Origin: a virus
Strand: one strand, 5' to 3'
Length of the DNA: 64,000 bases
IMG/VR virus record: IMGVR_UViG_3300016665_000824
Coordinates: 70,297 to 134,296 of that record
The translations under genes were made by a program, and so were the position numbers. Below the pieces are notes generated by a model. That model saw only the letters and a list, made by a program, of their open reading frames with translations, ran no database searches and had not been told where the DNA came from. Below, piece by piece: positions 10,056-19,170 of the stretch. Positions within the stretch are counted from its first letter, which is position 1. Each line of letters starts with the position of its first letter.

Positions 10056-10334
10056 TTGGTGATTACGCAACAACTACGGGGGCTAGAAAGCTTCCTGTCG
10101 GAACTATGCCCGTCACACGGATCTGGAATTGAATTAACTTCGATAGGCGATCGCGTCGTTAAAATTGCGTGTCAATACGAGGGTCACGCAAGAATTATTA
10201 GTGATCTGCTAAAGCTGCAAAAAAACATAGCCAAGCTCGAAGGGCTTGGCTATGAAAAAGCAATAATTGTCTTTGCCAGCGCGACAAAGAAAGAAGTTAT
10301 CTTGACCGTAGAGACCTGTGACTATCTTCCCTGA
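10056..10334 (+). CDS. hypothetical protein
   Basis: 92-aa ORF in divergent region; convergent overlap with 10297..11199. Confidence 0.3.
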   Translation: MVITQQLRGLESFLSELCPSHGSGIELTSIGDRVVKIACQYEGHARIISDLLKLQKNIAKLEGLGYEKAIIVFASATKKEVILTVETCDYLP

Positions 10335-11199
10335 TTGGCTCAAAGCCTAGTGGCGTTGCTAGCAGCTCCGCCACTGAATAGGGATCTCCATTCTCTTTCT
10401 TAAGGACTTCGAGCTTTGCTAGTTGCTTAACAATGCTCCTGATTTGTCCTAGATAAGAGCTTTCAGAGATTTTGTTTATGATCAGTTCTAGCTCCATCCT
10501 CACAAAGTTTTGTCCATCTTCGTTCATCTGATCGACTAGCGATCGCAGAACCCCGTCTTGAGTTATTCCTCTTAACGTCATTTGCTCTCTAACGTACTTA
10601 CTCAGCAAGTCAGAGATGGTTGTCTCGGATTCCATGCGGTTTTCTTTTGTAGGTATTGTCTTCGACTCTATAGCCTCGACCTTCTTCCGCGAGTCGGCGG
10701 AAGGCGCTTTACTGGCAACTATTAGCGGGATCTCCTTCCTTATCCACGCATTTTTGGGTAGTTTGCCATCATCATTCGTGTCTAAATAATCAAAAACGTT
10801 GTAATCCGAATCCACACTTCCCGTCATACAGAAGAGGAGGAATAATTTAGTCCAAGCTTCGTTCACTTTCGAGTCAGAATATCTTTGTTCTATTTCAAAT
10901 CCGCGAGCCATCTCAGTAAGCTCCCCCCGCAGCCTTTCCTGAGCGGAAAATCTGTCCTTAGCTGTCAAGTTTGTGCCGTCTAGTTTGAGCAGATAGATAA
11001 TAAACTGCTGCATGTAATTACCAAACTCCGCTTGGCTCATTACCATTACATCTTTACGATAGCGCGAGAACCATCTTGAAAATGCCTTAGATCGAATTTT
11101 TGTTCTAGGGTCGTCCTTCCCCTTCTTGAGACTGCCTTGCTTTTCTTTGTCTTTCACCATAGTTGCCGAAGGCATAATTTTCCTCTTGTTTTGCCACAA
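10297..11199 (-). CDS. hypothetical protein
   Basis: 300-aa ORF, Lys-rich N-terminus; isolated minus-strand gene between plus-strand blocks. Confidence 0.4.
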   Translation of the reverse strand: MWQNKRKIMPSATMVKDKEKQGSLKKGKDDPRTKIRSKAFSRWFSRYRKDVMVMSQAEFGNYMQQFIIYLLKLDGTNLTAKDRFSAQERLRGELTEMARGFEIEQRYSDSKVNEAWTKLFLLFCMTGSVDSDYNVFDYLDTNDDGKLPKNAWIRKEIPLIVASKAPSADSRKKVEAIESKTIPTKENRMESETTISDLLSKYVREQMTLRGITQDGVLRSLVDQMNEDGQNFVRMELELIINKISESSYLGQIRSIVKQLAKLEVLKKENGDPYSVAELLATPLGFEPIREDSHRSLRSR

Positions 11200-11226
11200 A
11201 ATTAAAACATTTTTACGTTATATATG

Positions 11227-11277
11227 GTATCCTTATGAGGTGTCCATATATTGGATCAAATCCTAGTATAAGGATAC
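11227..11277. promoter_or_regulatory. 10-bp perfect inverted repeat (gtatccttat / ataaggatac) in divergent intergenic region
   Basis: Read from sequence; lies between starts of 10297..11199 (-) and 11300.. (+), next to a TGCCACAAAATT motif at 11192. Confidence 0.4.
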
Positions 11278-11299
11278 ACCAAAAAACGGAAAAACGAGT

Positions 11300-11755
11300 A
11301 TGTCTAACTCTAGTTCTGCCACAAAATTGGCGATCGCAAGATTAAAAGGATCTGACCTGCCTATTTTTGTTCCAGTTTCAGTCTCTGAGAAAGTCGCAAC
11401 CCTAGTCAGGGAGTGTATTTTACAGTCCGACAGTTTAAAGATATTAAAAGTTACTACTACAGTTTACAACGAGCTTACTAAGCATTTAAAGCAGTACGAA
11501 AAGCCAAAATATACCATTCCTCAGTATCTTTTGATGCTCCTATATACGGTTTCTACTACTTCAGAATTGATCGAAAAACACAACAAGGGTTTAATTTCAG
11601 ATGACGAGTTTATTAACTGTATCAAAAACAACAAAAACGCAAACGGGACTAAAACCTCCCGCAAAATGGGTCGGAAGAAAGCAAGCGTTGATGCCAGCGA
11701 TCGCGCAGTACTTCCCCGCGAGGTTCACAAAAGAACCAGTTCCAAGGTTTCTTGA
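11300..11755 (+). CDS. hypothetical protein (3' end uncertain; overlaps MTase gene in another frame)
   Basis: 151-aa ORF; last ~40 codons look non-coding and overlap the Dam-like ORF. Confidence 0.3.
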   Translation: MSNSSSATKLAIARLKGSDLPIFVPVSVSEKVATLVRECILQSDSLKILKVTTTVYNELTKHLKQYEKPKYTIPQYLLMLLYTVSTTSELIEKHNKGLISDDEFINCIKNNKNANGTKTSRKMGRKKASVDASDRAVLPREVHKRTSSKVS

Positions 11756-12518
11756 TTTCAAAAAGGGTGTCGGCAATTTCCACGACCCTTTCGTTGGTAC
11801 TGGTAGTGCATTTTTGTATTTTGCGGATGGATTTCGAGGCGATCGCAAGATTTTTATTAGTGACAGTAATCCTGAACTCATTAATATTTGGCTGTGCATT
11901 CAAGCCGATCCTCTAAGGCTTTTAAGATCCTTGCTTGAATACAAGCGCCCTGTATTTAACAGCGCCGAATCGTACTATCACGAAAGGCAGATCTTCAATC
12001 AGCAGTTTAAAGGTTCTTACGACTACGAGCTAGCAGCAAGAATGATCTACTTAATTCAGGCTGGTTTCAATAGCCTATGGAGGGTTAACAGCGACGGTGA
12101 AATGAACACGCCTTTTGGCTCTCAGAAGCAAATTGCCCTTCTTACCGAGAATGATTTGACCGCGCTTTCGGTTCTCCTTCAAAAAGCGACAATCAAACAT
12201 CAGCCTTTTGAAGAGTCGCTAAAAGATGTACAACCCAATGATGTCGTCTATCTCGACCCGCCATACATTGAAGTCAAAAAGAATTCCTTCAATAAATACA
12301 CCACAAAAGGTTTTAGCAGAGAGCAGCAGATACTCCTCCGCCAAGAAGCCGATCGCCTGCACGATCTAGGCGCTTATGTATACGCCAGTAATAGCGATAC
12401 CCCCTTGAGTCGCGAAATTTGGTCGGGCTGGAAAATCGCAGAACTGACGAGATCGGGCTGCATGAACTCAGATGCAACCAAGCGTCAACGGGTTGGAGAG
12501 TTGTTATTTTATAAATAA
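11601..12518 (+). CDS. N6-adenine DNA methyltransferase, Dam family (D12 class)
   Basis: KWVGRK (cf. KWAGGK), FVGTGSAF SAM-binding motif, and DPPY catalytic motif (VVYLDPPYIE) in the translation. Confidence 0.8.
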   Translation: MTSLLTVSKTTKTQTGLKPPAKWVGRKQALMPAIAQYFPARFTKEPVPRFLDFKKGVGNFHDPFVGTGSAFLYFADGFRGDRKIFISDSNPELINIWLCIQADPLRLLRSLLEYKRPVFNSAESYYHERQIFNQQFKGSYDYELAARMIYLIQAGFNSLWRVNSDGEMNTPFGSQKQIALLTENDLTALSVLLQKATIKHQPFEESLKDVQPNDVVYLDPPYIEVKKNSFNKYTTKGFSREQQILLRQEADRLHDLGAYVYASNSDTPLSREIWSGWKIAELTRSGCMNSDATKRQRVGELLFYK

Positions 12519-12542
12519 AAAAAGCCAGTCGCGGGACTGGCT
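12516..12542 (-). terminator. hairpin with U-run on minus strand
   Basis: agccagtc-gcgg-gactggct preceded on plus strand by A7; would terminate minus-strand (antisense) transcripts inside a plus-strand gene block. Confidence 0.35.
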
Positions 12543-12618
12543 ACAGGTAAAACAACAAAAGACAACTAAGCGGAAATCAACATATACCGAGCATTTGTGG
12601 AGAACAGCTCAGGCACTT

Positions 12619-13122
12619 ATGGATATTAGCACAGAATTAAAACAAATCACTGTGAGATCGATGCGAGGAGGCAGCTTTTCGTTCGGTCCTCACGATATTC
12701 GAGTCGATCGCGGGTCGATCTTAGGCAATCCCTACGAGATGGCGAAAGATGAATCCAATCGCGATCGCGTATGCCTTGCCTACAAGCACTGGCTATTTGC
12801 AAATATTCGGTACTGGCTGGACATGAAAGAAAAAGGCATTGCAAAGGCTCTCTGGTGGCATATCGATCCAAAGAGCATAGCGATCGCCTCGGATTTAAGA
12901 ATTGCTCCGTCGTGGAAGCAGTTCACTGTTGCTCAGGTGGAGAGTGAATTTACTCGCCTCTGCTATGAAGCAACCCAGCACGATATCAACCTCATTTGCT
13001 GGTGCTTTCCAAAAGCTTGCCATGCGGATGTACTGCGAGCAGCCTTGATCTGGTACTACGAGGAGCATTACTTAAAGGAGTGCTCACGGATTGAAACGAC
13101 TATTAAAGAATTTTTTAGGTAA
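12619..13122 (+). CDS. DUF4326-family protein
   Basis: GNPY and CWCFPKACHADVL motifs resemble the DUF4326 signature as recalled (GNPF ... CWC.P..CH); start moved to ATG 12619 because upstream part of ORF 12472.. contains the hairpin. Confidence 0.45.
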   Translation: MDISTELKQITVRSMRGGSFSFGPHDIRVDRGSILGNPYEMAKDESNRDRVCLAYKHWLFANIRYWLDMKEKGIAKALWWHIDPKSIAIASDLRIAPSWKQFTVAQVESEFTRLCYEATQHDINLICWCFPKACHADVLRAALIWYYEEHYLKECSRIETTIKEFFR

Positions 13123-13127
13123 ACACT

Positions 13128-13394
13128 ATGAGAAAACAAGTCCACTATGCCGTTCGCGCCGTTAAAGCCTTGATGGATGGCGATGTTGTAACAATCGATG
13201 GGATGGATTATATCTATCAAGACGGGCAGATACTGATAAGGGCTACTCGCATTGAAGACGGCGTTGAGTCTGAAGTATGGCTGGGAGGAATGTGCTCCGA
13301 AATGAGTCTCGACTACTTTTTGAATTACTGCGCCAACAAAACTTTTGAAGATCAAGTTCTCGATTTTCCCGTAAAAATTCCATCACGGTACTAA
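13128..13394 (+). CDS. hypothetical protein
   Basis: 88-aa ORF. Confidence 0.4.
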   Translation: MRKQVHYAVRAVKALMDGDVVTIDGMDYIYQDGQILIRATRIEDGVESEVWLGGMCSEMSLDYFLNYCANKTFEDQVLDFPVKIPSRY

Positions 13395-13395
13395 T

Positions 13396-13605
13396 ATGAA
13401 TACACAAATTAAGCTCAGGCATTCCGTTGTTTTACCTACACCCCTAAAAGTTGGCGATCGCGTAGAAATCGCAGGTCCATCTCGCCACGTTGGAATTATT
13501 ACGGAGATTAAAGATAGTCCATATTCGGGGCTATCCTACAGCGTCAAGTTTGGCAGCAATATCCGTCTTGACCGTATCGCCCCAGAAGCCTTGACAAAGT
13601 TATGA
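13396..13605 (+). CDS. hypothetical protein
   Basis: 69-aa ORF, tightly spaced. Confidence 0.35.
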   Translation: MNTQIKLRHSVVLPTPLKVGDRVEIAGPSRHVGIITEIKDSPYSGLSYSVKFGSNIRLDRIAPEALTKL

Positions 13606-13934
13606 TTAAGAAGCGTCCAGCGATCGGGCGGCTAGTAAGGTTGCCAAGTAAAATCGTCACTGTTGTGGGGTATAAGGATGGGGTTTTTCTAGTCCGCGTC
13701 GGCACGGGAAAGACTCAGAAAATCACGGAATCGTTTCTTATGGCGCACGGCGTTCTTGTCGAGAAGGAGTGGCGCGAGGAGAAGAAGTCTGCACCCAAAC
13801 AGGAATACGTGAACCGAGAGTTTAAACGCTTCTTTGAGGAGCGAGCCGAAAGGGACTACCAAGAAAAAGTTCTTAAGGGCTTTAAGATTGAGGATGAAGT
13901 TATCGAAGGATTTGAGGCGATCGCGGAGGAATAA
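13602..13934 (+). CDS. hypothetical protein
   Basis: 110-aa Lys/Glu-rich ORF; ends in ...AIAEE with junction motif GCGATCGCGGAGGAATAAATG. Confidence 0.4.
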   Translation: MIKKRPAIGRLVRLPSKIVTVVGYKDGVFLVRVGTGKTQKITESFLMAHGVLVEKEWREEKKSAPKQEYVNREFKRFFEERAERDYQEKVLKGFKIEDEVIEGFEAIAEE

Positions 13935-14141
13935 ATGGATATCGAAGAACTTGTTGCCGCAGCATCCGTAAGTCGGCATATATATCTTGAGCGCGTCGGC
14001 AAAGGTAGGCTACCAAAAGGATTTCCCTGTGGTGAGCTAATGTGCGTTAATTCGGACGGCAACCGAACTTATTTATTTGATTCGGCGAAAGTCTTAAAGT
14101 GGTGTCGAAAGCAAAATAATCAGGCGATCGCGGAGGAATAA
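13935..14141 (+). CDS. hypothetical protein
   Basis: 68-aa ORF; ends ...AIAEE with same junction motif. Confidence 0.35.
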   Translation: MDIEELVAAASVSRHIYLERVGKGRLPKGFPCGELMCVNSDGNRTYLFDSAKVLKWCRKQNNQAIAEE

Positions 14142-14407
14142 TGCGAAAAATAGACAAGGACTACAGTTTTACAGAACGAGAGATTCAGGCGTTAATGTTG
14201 ATATGCACTATTGGACGAGAAGACTGGCTCACTAAAGAGGTGAAGGAGATATTGTCGCAATACATAAGCAGAAAGATGTATCACAGGACTGCTTCTCAAG
14301 TCTTTGCTCACAGAAAAAGAGTTCTGGGTTCTTTCCCTAGCAATGCGGGTAAATACTTACTTGAAAGGCGAACTAGCTTTATTGAGCGATCGCGGAGGAG
14401 TGAGTAA
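14141..14407 (+). CDS. hypothetical protein
   Basis: 88-aa ORF; ends ...RSRRSE within a third copy of GCGATCGCGGAGGA. Confidence 0.35.
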   Translation: MRKIDKDYSFTEREIQALMLICTIGREDWLTKEVKEILSQYISRKMYHRTASQVFAHRKRVLGSFPSNAGKYLLERRTSFIERSRRSE

Positions 14408-14413
14408 AAATAT

Positions 14414-14450
14414 AAAAAGACGATCCGACGTGAGATCGGATCGTCTTTTT
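14414..14450. terminator. bidirectional intrinsic terminator between convergent gene blocks
   Basis: Perfect 15-bp stem aaaaagacgatccga / tcggatcgtcttttt, 7-nt loop, A/T tracts on both sides. Confidence 0.7.
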
Positions 14451-14578
14451 ATATTTTGGTAGGCTGTGAAACAACTAATACAAAAGGGTTTTAGGGTATT
14501 GGAAGGAATTTTGGTAAGGTGTGAATCTCGCTGCTTTTTAATTACGCGAATACACGTAATTCATATTTACCAATACCT

Positions 14579-16336
14579 CTAGCTAGCGATCGCCATTAAT
14601 TTAGTCAACCCAGCCTTCCGCAACATCTCTTGCTGGAGCTTGGTTTGAAAATATGGCTTATCCTCAGCACTTGCTACTCGATACAGTTCCAGCCAGTATT
14701 TCTCCCGCTTCTCGCAGTGTATATGCTGAATCTTGGCGATCGCACGGTCAACCACTGCCTTGACATCGCCAGCGATCGCCTCTTGCATTGCGTAAGGTAT
14801 GTCCGAAAAGTCATCGTTCAGGAATTTATCCCACAGCGCACAGTGATCGTCATGGGCAAATTCGATCTCTTGAAGCAGGATATACCCCCGCAAATCGGGA
14901 TGATGGACAAAGGCTTTTAGTATCTGCATTTCGGCTAGTTGCAGAGCAGTATAACTGGGTTTTGCGGCAACCTGTGGTGATTCAGATCGGAATACCGATC
15001 GCGCAAGTCGATGTAAATCCTCCTCAATGCGTACGGCAAGGCGAGCATTTCCCTGAGCTAACTTCTGAGCACACTTATGGGTATAGTGGCTACGTCGGGC
15101 ATCCATCGGCAATGGGGCGAGTATTTGCGCGATCGCTTGATTAGCTCGCTGGAAGTCGGCAGAATTGTTAAGGTCTTTGCCCTTAATCTCAAGGTCAATT
15201 AACCAGTCAAGGTATAGCGGCGCTTCGCGGAGCAGCGATAAGTACGCTTCAGAACCATAAGTGGTTAGGTACTCGTCGGCATCTTTTTTGCCCTCAATGG
15301 TTAGTATCCGTAGATTTACCGTACCATCCAGAACTAGCTCTAGGACTTGACTTACGGCTTTTTTAGTTGCCGTAACACCTGCTTTGTCCGAGTCGAAGTT
15401 GCAAACTATACGCTTCGACTCAGTATGGCGTAAAACCTGTTTAATTTGAGCGGCGCTAAGCGCTGTGCCCATTGAGCCGACTGCATGGGTAATTCCATTT
15501 TGGTGCAGGGAAATCACGTCGAGGTGTCCTTCGACAATTACCGCCTCGTCGTTCTTGGCGATCGCCTCACAAGCTTTGTCTAGTCCAAACAGTAGTTCAC
15601 CCTTTTTGAACAACTCGGTTTCGGGCGAGTTGATATACTTTGCGCCGTCGTCCTCACCGCTTAGCGATCGCGCAGAAAATCCAACCACGCGACCACGGAT
15701 ATCGGCGATCGGGATAATCAGGCGATCGCGAAATCGGTCATAGTAGCCTTCGTTTTCTTTGCGAGGTATCGCCAACCCCAATTCTTCAAGAGTTTGAACG
15801 GGGATATTTAACTCGGCAAGGTTACTCCACCCCGCAGGCGCGTAACCGAGCTTGAACTTATTGCAGGTATCTCTGGTGATTTTGCGTTTTTCTAAGTAGG
15901 CAAGGGCTTTGGTGTTGAGCTGTTGCTGGTAGTAACGAGTGACTTTAGCTATTTGATCGAAGAGGTATTCCCTGTGCGATCGCTCCTTAACGATTTGCTC
16001 GGCATGTTCTGGCTCTTCGGTTCTTACTTCAACCCCGTAACGACCAGCCAAATCTAGTACGGCATCTGGGAACGATTTATGACCAATCTCCATCATAAAC
16101 TTGATCGCACCACCCGACGCACCGCAGTTATGGCAGTAATACATGCCTTTGCTGGGGTCTACCGAGAGGGCGCTGGGATTCGTGCCGTTGTGAAATGGGC
16201 AAGCGCCACGAAATGAGTGACCCGACCGCTTAAGTACGACGTTTTCGCTAACGACATCAACGATGTCGGCTTTGTCGTTTACTGCGGCGATCGTATCAGC
16301 ATGGATTCGGAATGATTTAGGTTTGGCGGATTGCAT
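14579..16336 (-). CDS. dnaG: DNA primase DnaG
   Basis: CHC2 zinc finger (CPFHNGTNPSALSV...YYCHNCGASGGAIKF) and TOPRIM-like EGHLDVISL segment. Confidence 0.85.
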   Translation of the reverse strand: MQSAKPKSFRIHADTIAAVNDKADIVDVVSENVVLKRSGHSFRGACPFHNGTNPSALSVDPSKGMYYCHNCGASGGAIKFMMEIGHKSFPDAVLDLAGRYGVEVRTEEPEHAEQIVKERSHREYLFDQIAKVTRYYQQQLNTKALAYLEKRKITRDTCNKFKLGYAPAGWSNLAELNIPVQTLEELGLAIPRKENEGYYDRFRDRLIIPIADIRGRVVGFSARSLSGEDDGAKYINSPETELFKKGELLFGLDKACEAIAKNDEAVIVEGHLDVISLHQNGITHAVGSMGTALSAAQIKQVLRHTESKRIVCNFDSDKAGVTATKKAVSQVLELVLDGTVNLRILTIEGKKDADEYLTTYGSEAYLSLLREAPLYLDWLIDLEIKGKDLNNSADFQRANQAIAQILAPLPMDARRSHYTHKCAQKLAQGNARLAVRIEEDLHRLARSVFRSESPQVAAKPSYTALQLAEMQILKAFVHHPDLRGYILLQEIEFAHDDHCALWDKFLNDDFSDIPYAMQEAIAGDVKAVVDRAIAKIQHIHCEKREKYWLELYRVASAEDKPYFQTKLQQEMLRKAGLTKLMAIAS

Positions 16337-16565
16337 CTTGATCTTCCCTATCTACGCGAGCTTCTCCCTCTAAAACTTTTTGCAGGTCTAAAACTCTGAA
16401 GCCGACTGGGTTGCACTGAGTTAACTTGGCTGCGTCATGGATGGCATGACCATACTCTTCGTAAATCTTTCCCTCTTCTACCCCCGCTTCGGCGCAGGCA
16501 GGGCCAGAATAAGGCTCGGAGGTGTAACGACTCGATTTATTGATGATGTACTTAGGCATATTCAC
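16317..16565 (-). CDS. hypothetical protein
   Basis: 82-aa ORF overlapping primase start by 20 nt. Confidence 0.35.
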   Translation of the reverse strand: MNMPKYIINKSSRYTSEPYSGPACAEAGVEEGKIYEEYGHAIHDAAKLTQCNPVGFRVLDLQKVLEGEARVDREDQDAIRQT

Positions 16566-16600
16566 CTCTTGAGAATCTTTTGTACGATCGCTTGTTGTCG

Positions 16601-16903
16601 TTAAACAAATAGGAAGGACTGAACTTCATCAGCCTTGGTTGCGACCAACGGCAAGTGCTGACGCAGTATCTTGTACCCTTGCATCTCCCAAGTCAAAGCA
16701 ATCCTCTCCGCTAGCTCTAAAGCGTCATAACAAGGATTTAATCGATGAAAAACACCGCTCAGTAATTCGTACCCACACTCAGGGGGGAGTTGCTCAAGAT
16801 CTTGGATTAGCTGAGTAATTTTAGTACTTACCGTGATACCACCTTGATTAACAAAAATAGTCGCGTCAAATGTTTTGCTTAGACCTTTCAAATTGATTGT
16901 CAT
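16601..16903 (-). CDS. hypothetical protein
   Basis: ORF 16601..16987; start moved to ATG 16903 (MTINLKG...). Confidence 0.35.
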   Translation of the reverse strand: MTINLKGLSKTFDATIFVNQGGITVSTKITQLIQDLEQLPPECGYELLSGVFHRLNPCYDALELAERIALTWEMQGYKILRQHLPLVATKADEVQSFLFV

Positions 16904-16913
16904 TTTGTTCTTC

Positions 16914-17378
16914 CTATATCTTTTGCGCGATCGCTTGCTTATGGATGCGATCGCTATGTGTTTGCACTGCCGCCAATTCCCGCTCAAGCTGATCGAATGT
17001 CACTCCATCCCTCTTGTCGCCGTCAACCACTGGGGTTAGTACGGGGTTGATAACTGGGGAGTAGACACACCAGCAGATAGCGATCATGTCGAACTCGGAA
17101 GACAATCCTTCAGCCTTAAAGACCTCTACCGAATCAACAACCCAATCGGACTTACGAGAATGTGTAGTCCCATCGTCACGCTGATGGGACTTGAGAGACT
17201 CGGTTACTGTTACTGGGTGGATAGGTCGATCGCCTTTCTTTGGCACGGGTTTTGATGAGTAGCTAAGAACCGTGTAGAGGATGTCGGTAAATAGATTGCA
17301 GTGAGTTAGCTTGCGATCGCTAGCACCCTCAGTTTGTCCCACTTTTGCCTTATAGATAATATATTTACTCACTGTCAT
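16914..17378 (-). CDS. hypothetical protein
   Basis: 154-aa ORF. Confidence 0.4.
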   Translation of the reverse strand: MTVSKYIIYKAKVGQTEGASDRKLTHCNLFTDILYTVLSYSSKPVPKKGDRPIHPVTVTESLKSHQRDDGTTHSRKSDWVVDSVEVFKAEGLSSEFDMIAICWCVYSPVINPVLTPVVDGDKRDGVTFDQLERELAAVQTHSDRIHKQAIAQKI

Positions 17379-17586
17379 TGTCTCCGTATGTTCTGGGGAA
17401 TTTTGCTTCGCCTTTGTAGAAGCAGTTGTGTGTCAGGATTGGATCTCTTGTCAGCTCGTAATGAGAGTAATCCCAATCGTATTTCTTAGCCATTTTTATA
17501 CATCTTTCTTCGCTTGACGCGCTGTGAGTTGTATAAAACTCCTGTTCTTCGTCGTCGTCATTCTGTGGCAAAATCTCGTTAGCCAT
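17365..17586 (-). CDS. hypothetical acidic protein
   Basis: 73-aa ORF, first gene of minus block divergent from XRE gene. Confidence 0.35.
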   Translation of the reverse strand: MANEILPQNDDDEEQEFYTTHSASSEERCIKMAKKYDWDYSHYELTRDPILTHNCFYKGEAKFPRTYGDNDSE

Positions 17587-17731
17587 TAGACCTCTCAGAT
17601 AGGTTTGTTTGGTTAGAGGTGATTGCTTGTTGAGAGCAGGCGATCGCCTCGATAGAAATATTATTGCAGAAGTATTGCCAAAACGTCAACTATTGTTTTA
17701 CACTTAGAGCATATTAATTCGGTGTAGCGAT

Positions 17732-17965
17732 ATGACTAGTTCTACTTTTGTTGTTGAAGTACCTGTAGAGGTCGGAGACCTACCCCAAAAAATATGGGAG
17801 GCTCGGAGACTTTGCCGACGCAATCATGTTGATTTGTGTAGGGATGCTGGCATAACCCGACAATATTGGACACAAATTGAGAAGGGGCAACGCAAATCAA
17901 TCCCTTTACACACACTAAGAAAAATAGAAAAAGCTTTAGGCGTTGATTTTGGTATTCAGGCTTAG
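17732..17965 (+). CDS. XRE-family helix-turn-helix transcriptional regulator (Cro/CI-like)
   Basis: ...LCRDAGITRQYWTQIEKGQRKSIPLHTLRKIEKALGV is a typical XRE HTH; divergent from minus-strand block. Confidence 0.6.
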   Translation: MTSSTFVVEVPVEVGDLPQKIWEARRLCRRNHVDLCRDAGITRQYWTQIEKGQRKSIPLHTLRKIEKALGVDFGIQA

Positions 17966-17970
17966 AAATT

Positions 17971-18327
17971 ATGAAAAAGTTAGACCCCGATGAAATTATC
18001 AACATCAGCTTTGGCTGGTGCTACTTACTTAAAAATGGCGATCGCGTCTGGGAGCAGGACGACGAAGCTATCTGGGCGCATGATGGTGAGGGTGAAATTC
18101 GGTGGGATCGTGTCAAGGATATTGAGGCGATCGCTGCTCAAGACCCCACCGCCAGATACTTGCTAGTTGTAGACGGAGCCATGTATTCGCGAATATACGA
18201 GCGCTTTGCAACTGGCTGGGTGCAGATTAGGCAGATGCTCGGATTTGCGGATGACTACAGCGCTGAGCTTTTTCAAGAAGAGTTGGAGCGGATTGTTCGT
18301 GAAAAGACATTGTGTTTTGTTGAATAG
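17971..18327 (+). CDS. hypothetical protein
   Basis: 118-aa ORF. Confidence 0.4.
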   Translation: MKKLDPDEIINISFGWCYLLKNGDRVWEQDDEAIWAHDGEGEIRWDRVKDIEAIAAQDPTARYLLVVDGAMYSRIYERFATGWVQIRQMLGFADDYSAELFQEELERIVREKTLCFVE

Positions 18328-18359
18328 GCTGCGATCGCATAAAAATCGAGGAGAAAACC

Positions 18360-18806
18360 ATGAGTTACGACGGGAACATTTACGAGGATGCTATGGAATC
18401 AATTTCACAGTTATCCTCAACGGAAAATCTTTTGTCTTGGGCTAAGAAACTGCGAGAGGCGGCTGAAGTCGAAACGTATCGCAGTCAGTTTTTGATAAAT
18501 ACAGCGTGGAATCTTGAGGAGTGCGCGTGGATGCCTGAGCTATTACAGCAGCTTGAGGATATGGGGATCAAAAGAAACACAATGTTTGGCGGCGCTCCGA
18601 CTGGGAGGGGGCAGACAGGATACTGGACCCATTTAGCCCCCAAGGACTGCGATTTCGATCCTTGTATCTCACCCGTGTTTGGTAAGACTGAGTATGAGTC
18701 ACTGAAAGAGGCGATCGCGCTGGAGGTACAAATCCGAGAGTATATGACTGGTTGGAGCAAAATACCCTTTGCTTGTTCTATACCTGCGGAAGTAGGCGAT
18801 CGCTAA
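18360..18806 (+). CDS. hypothetical protein
   Basis: 148-aa ORF. Confidence 0.4.
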   Translation: MSYDGNIYEDAMESISQLSSTENLLSWAKKLREAAEVETYRSQFLINTAWNLEECAWMPELLQQLEDMGIKRNTMFGGAPTGRGQTGYWTHLAPKDCDFDPCISPVFGKTEYESLKEAIALEVQIREYMTGWSKIPFACSIPAEVGDR

Positions 18807-19170
18807 TTTTTAATCCGCAACGTAATTTTGTTGTGCTATTGTTGTAATCACCAAAGAAGCAAATGAGAGACCCACCTGCTAAAAATAAGCAAAAAATAAA
18901 AGAGCCAACCGCCAAGTCGCTCTTTCATTCTTTGAAAATGATTGTTTGTTTCACTTCAGTTTCGGTTGTTCCTTCCACCTCGTCGTTTACACGCCTTGGC
19001 TGTTTGTGTTCAACACGACACTAATTTCCTGAATACTCTAACACATGGCGATCGCTTTGTGAAGGGGAATTTACGGAATTGGTGAAAAAACTGGAAGACA
19101 AGTGGTTTCTTGGGAATCTCAAGAACGCTTTGGTTGTTTTTTACACTTTAGTTTCGTAGGAAATTTAGTT

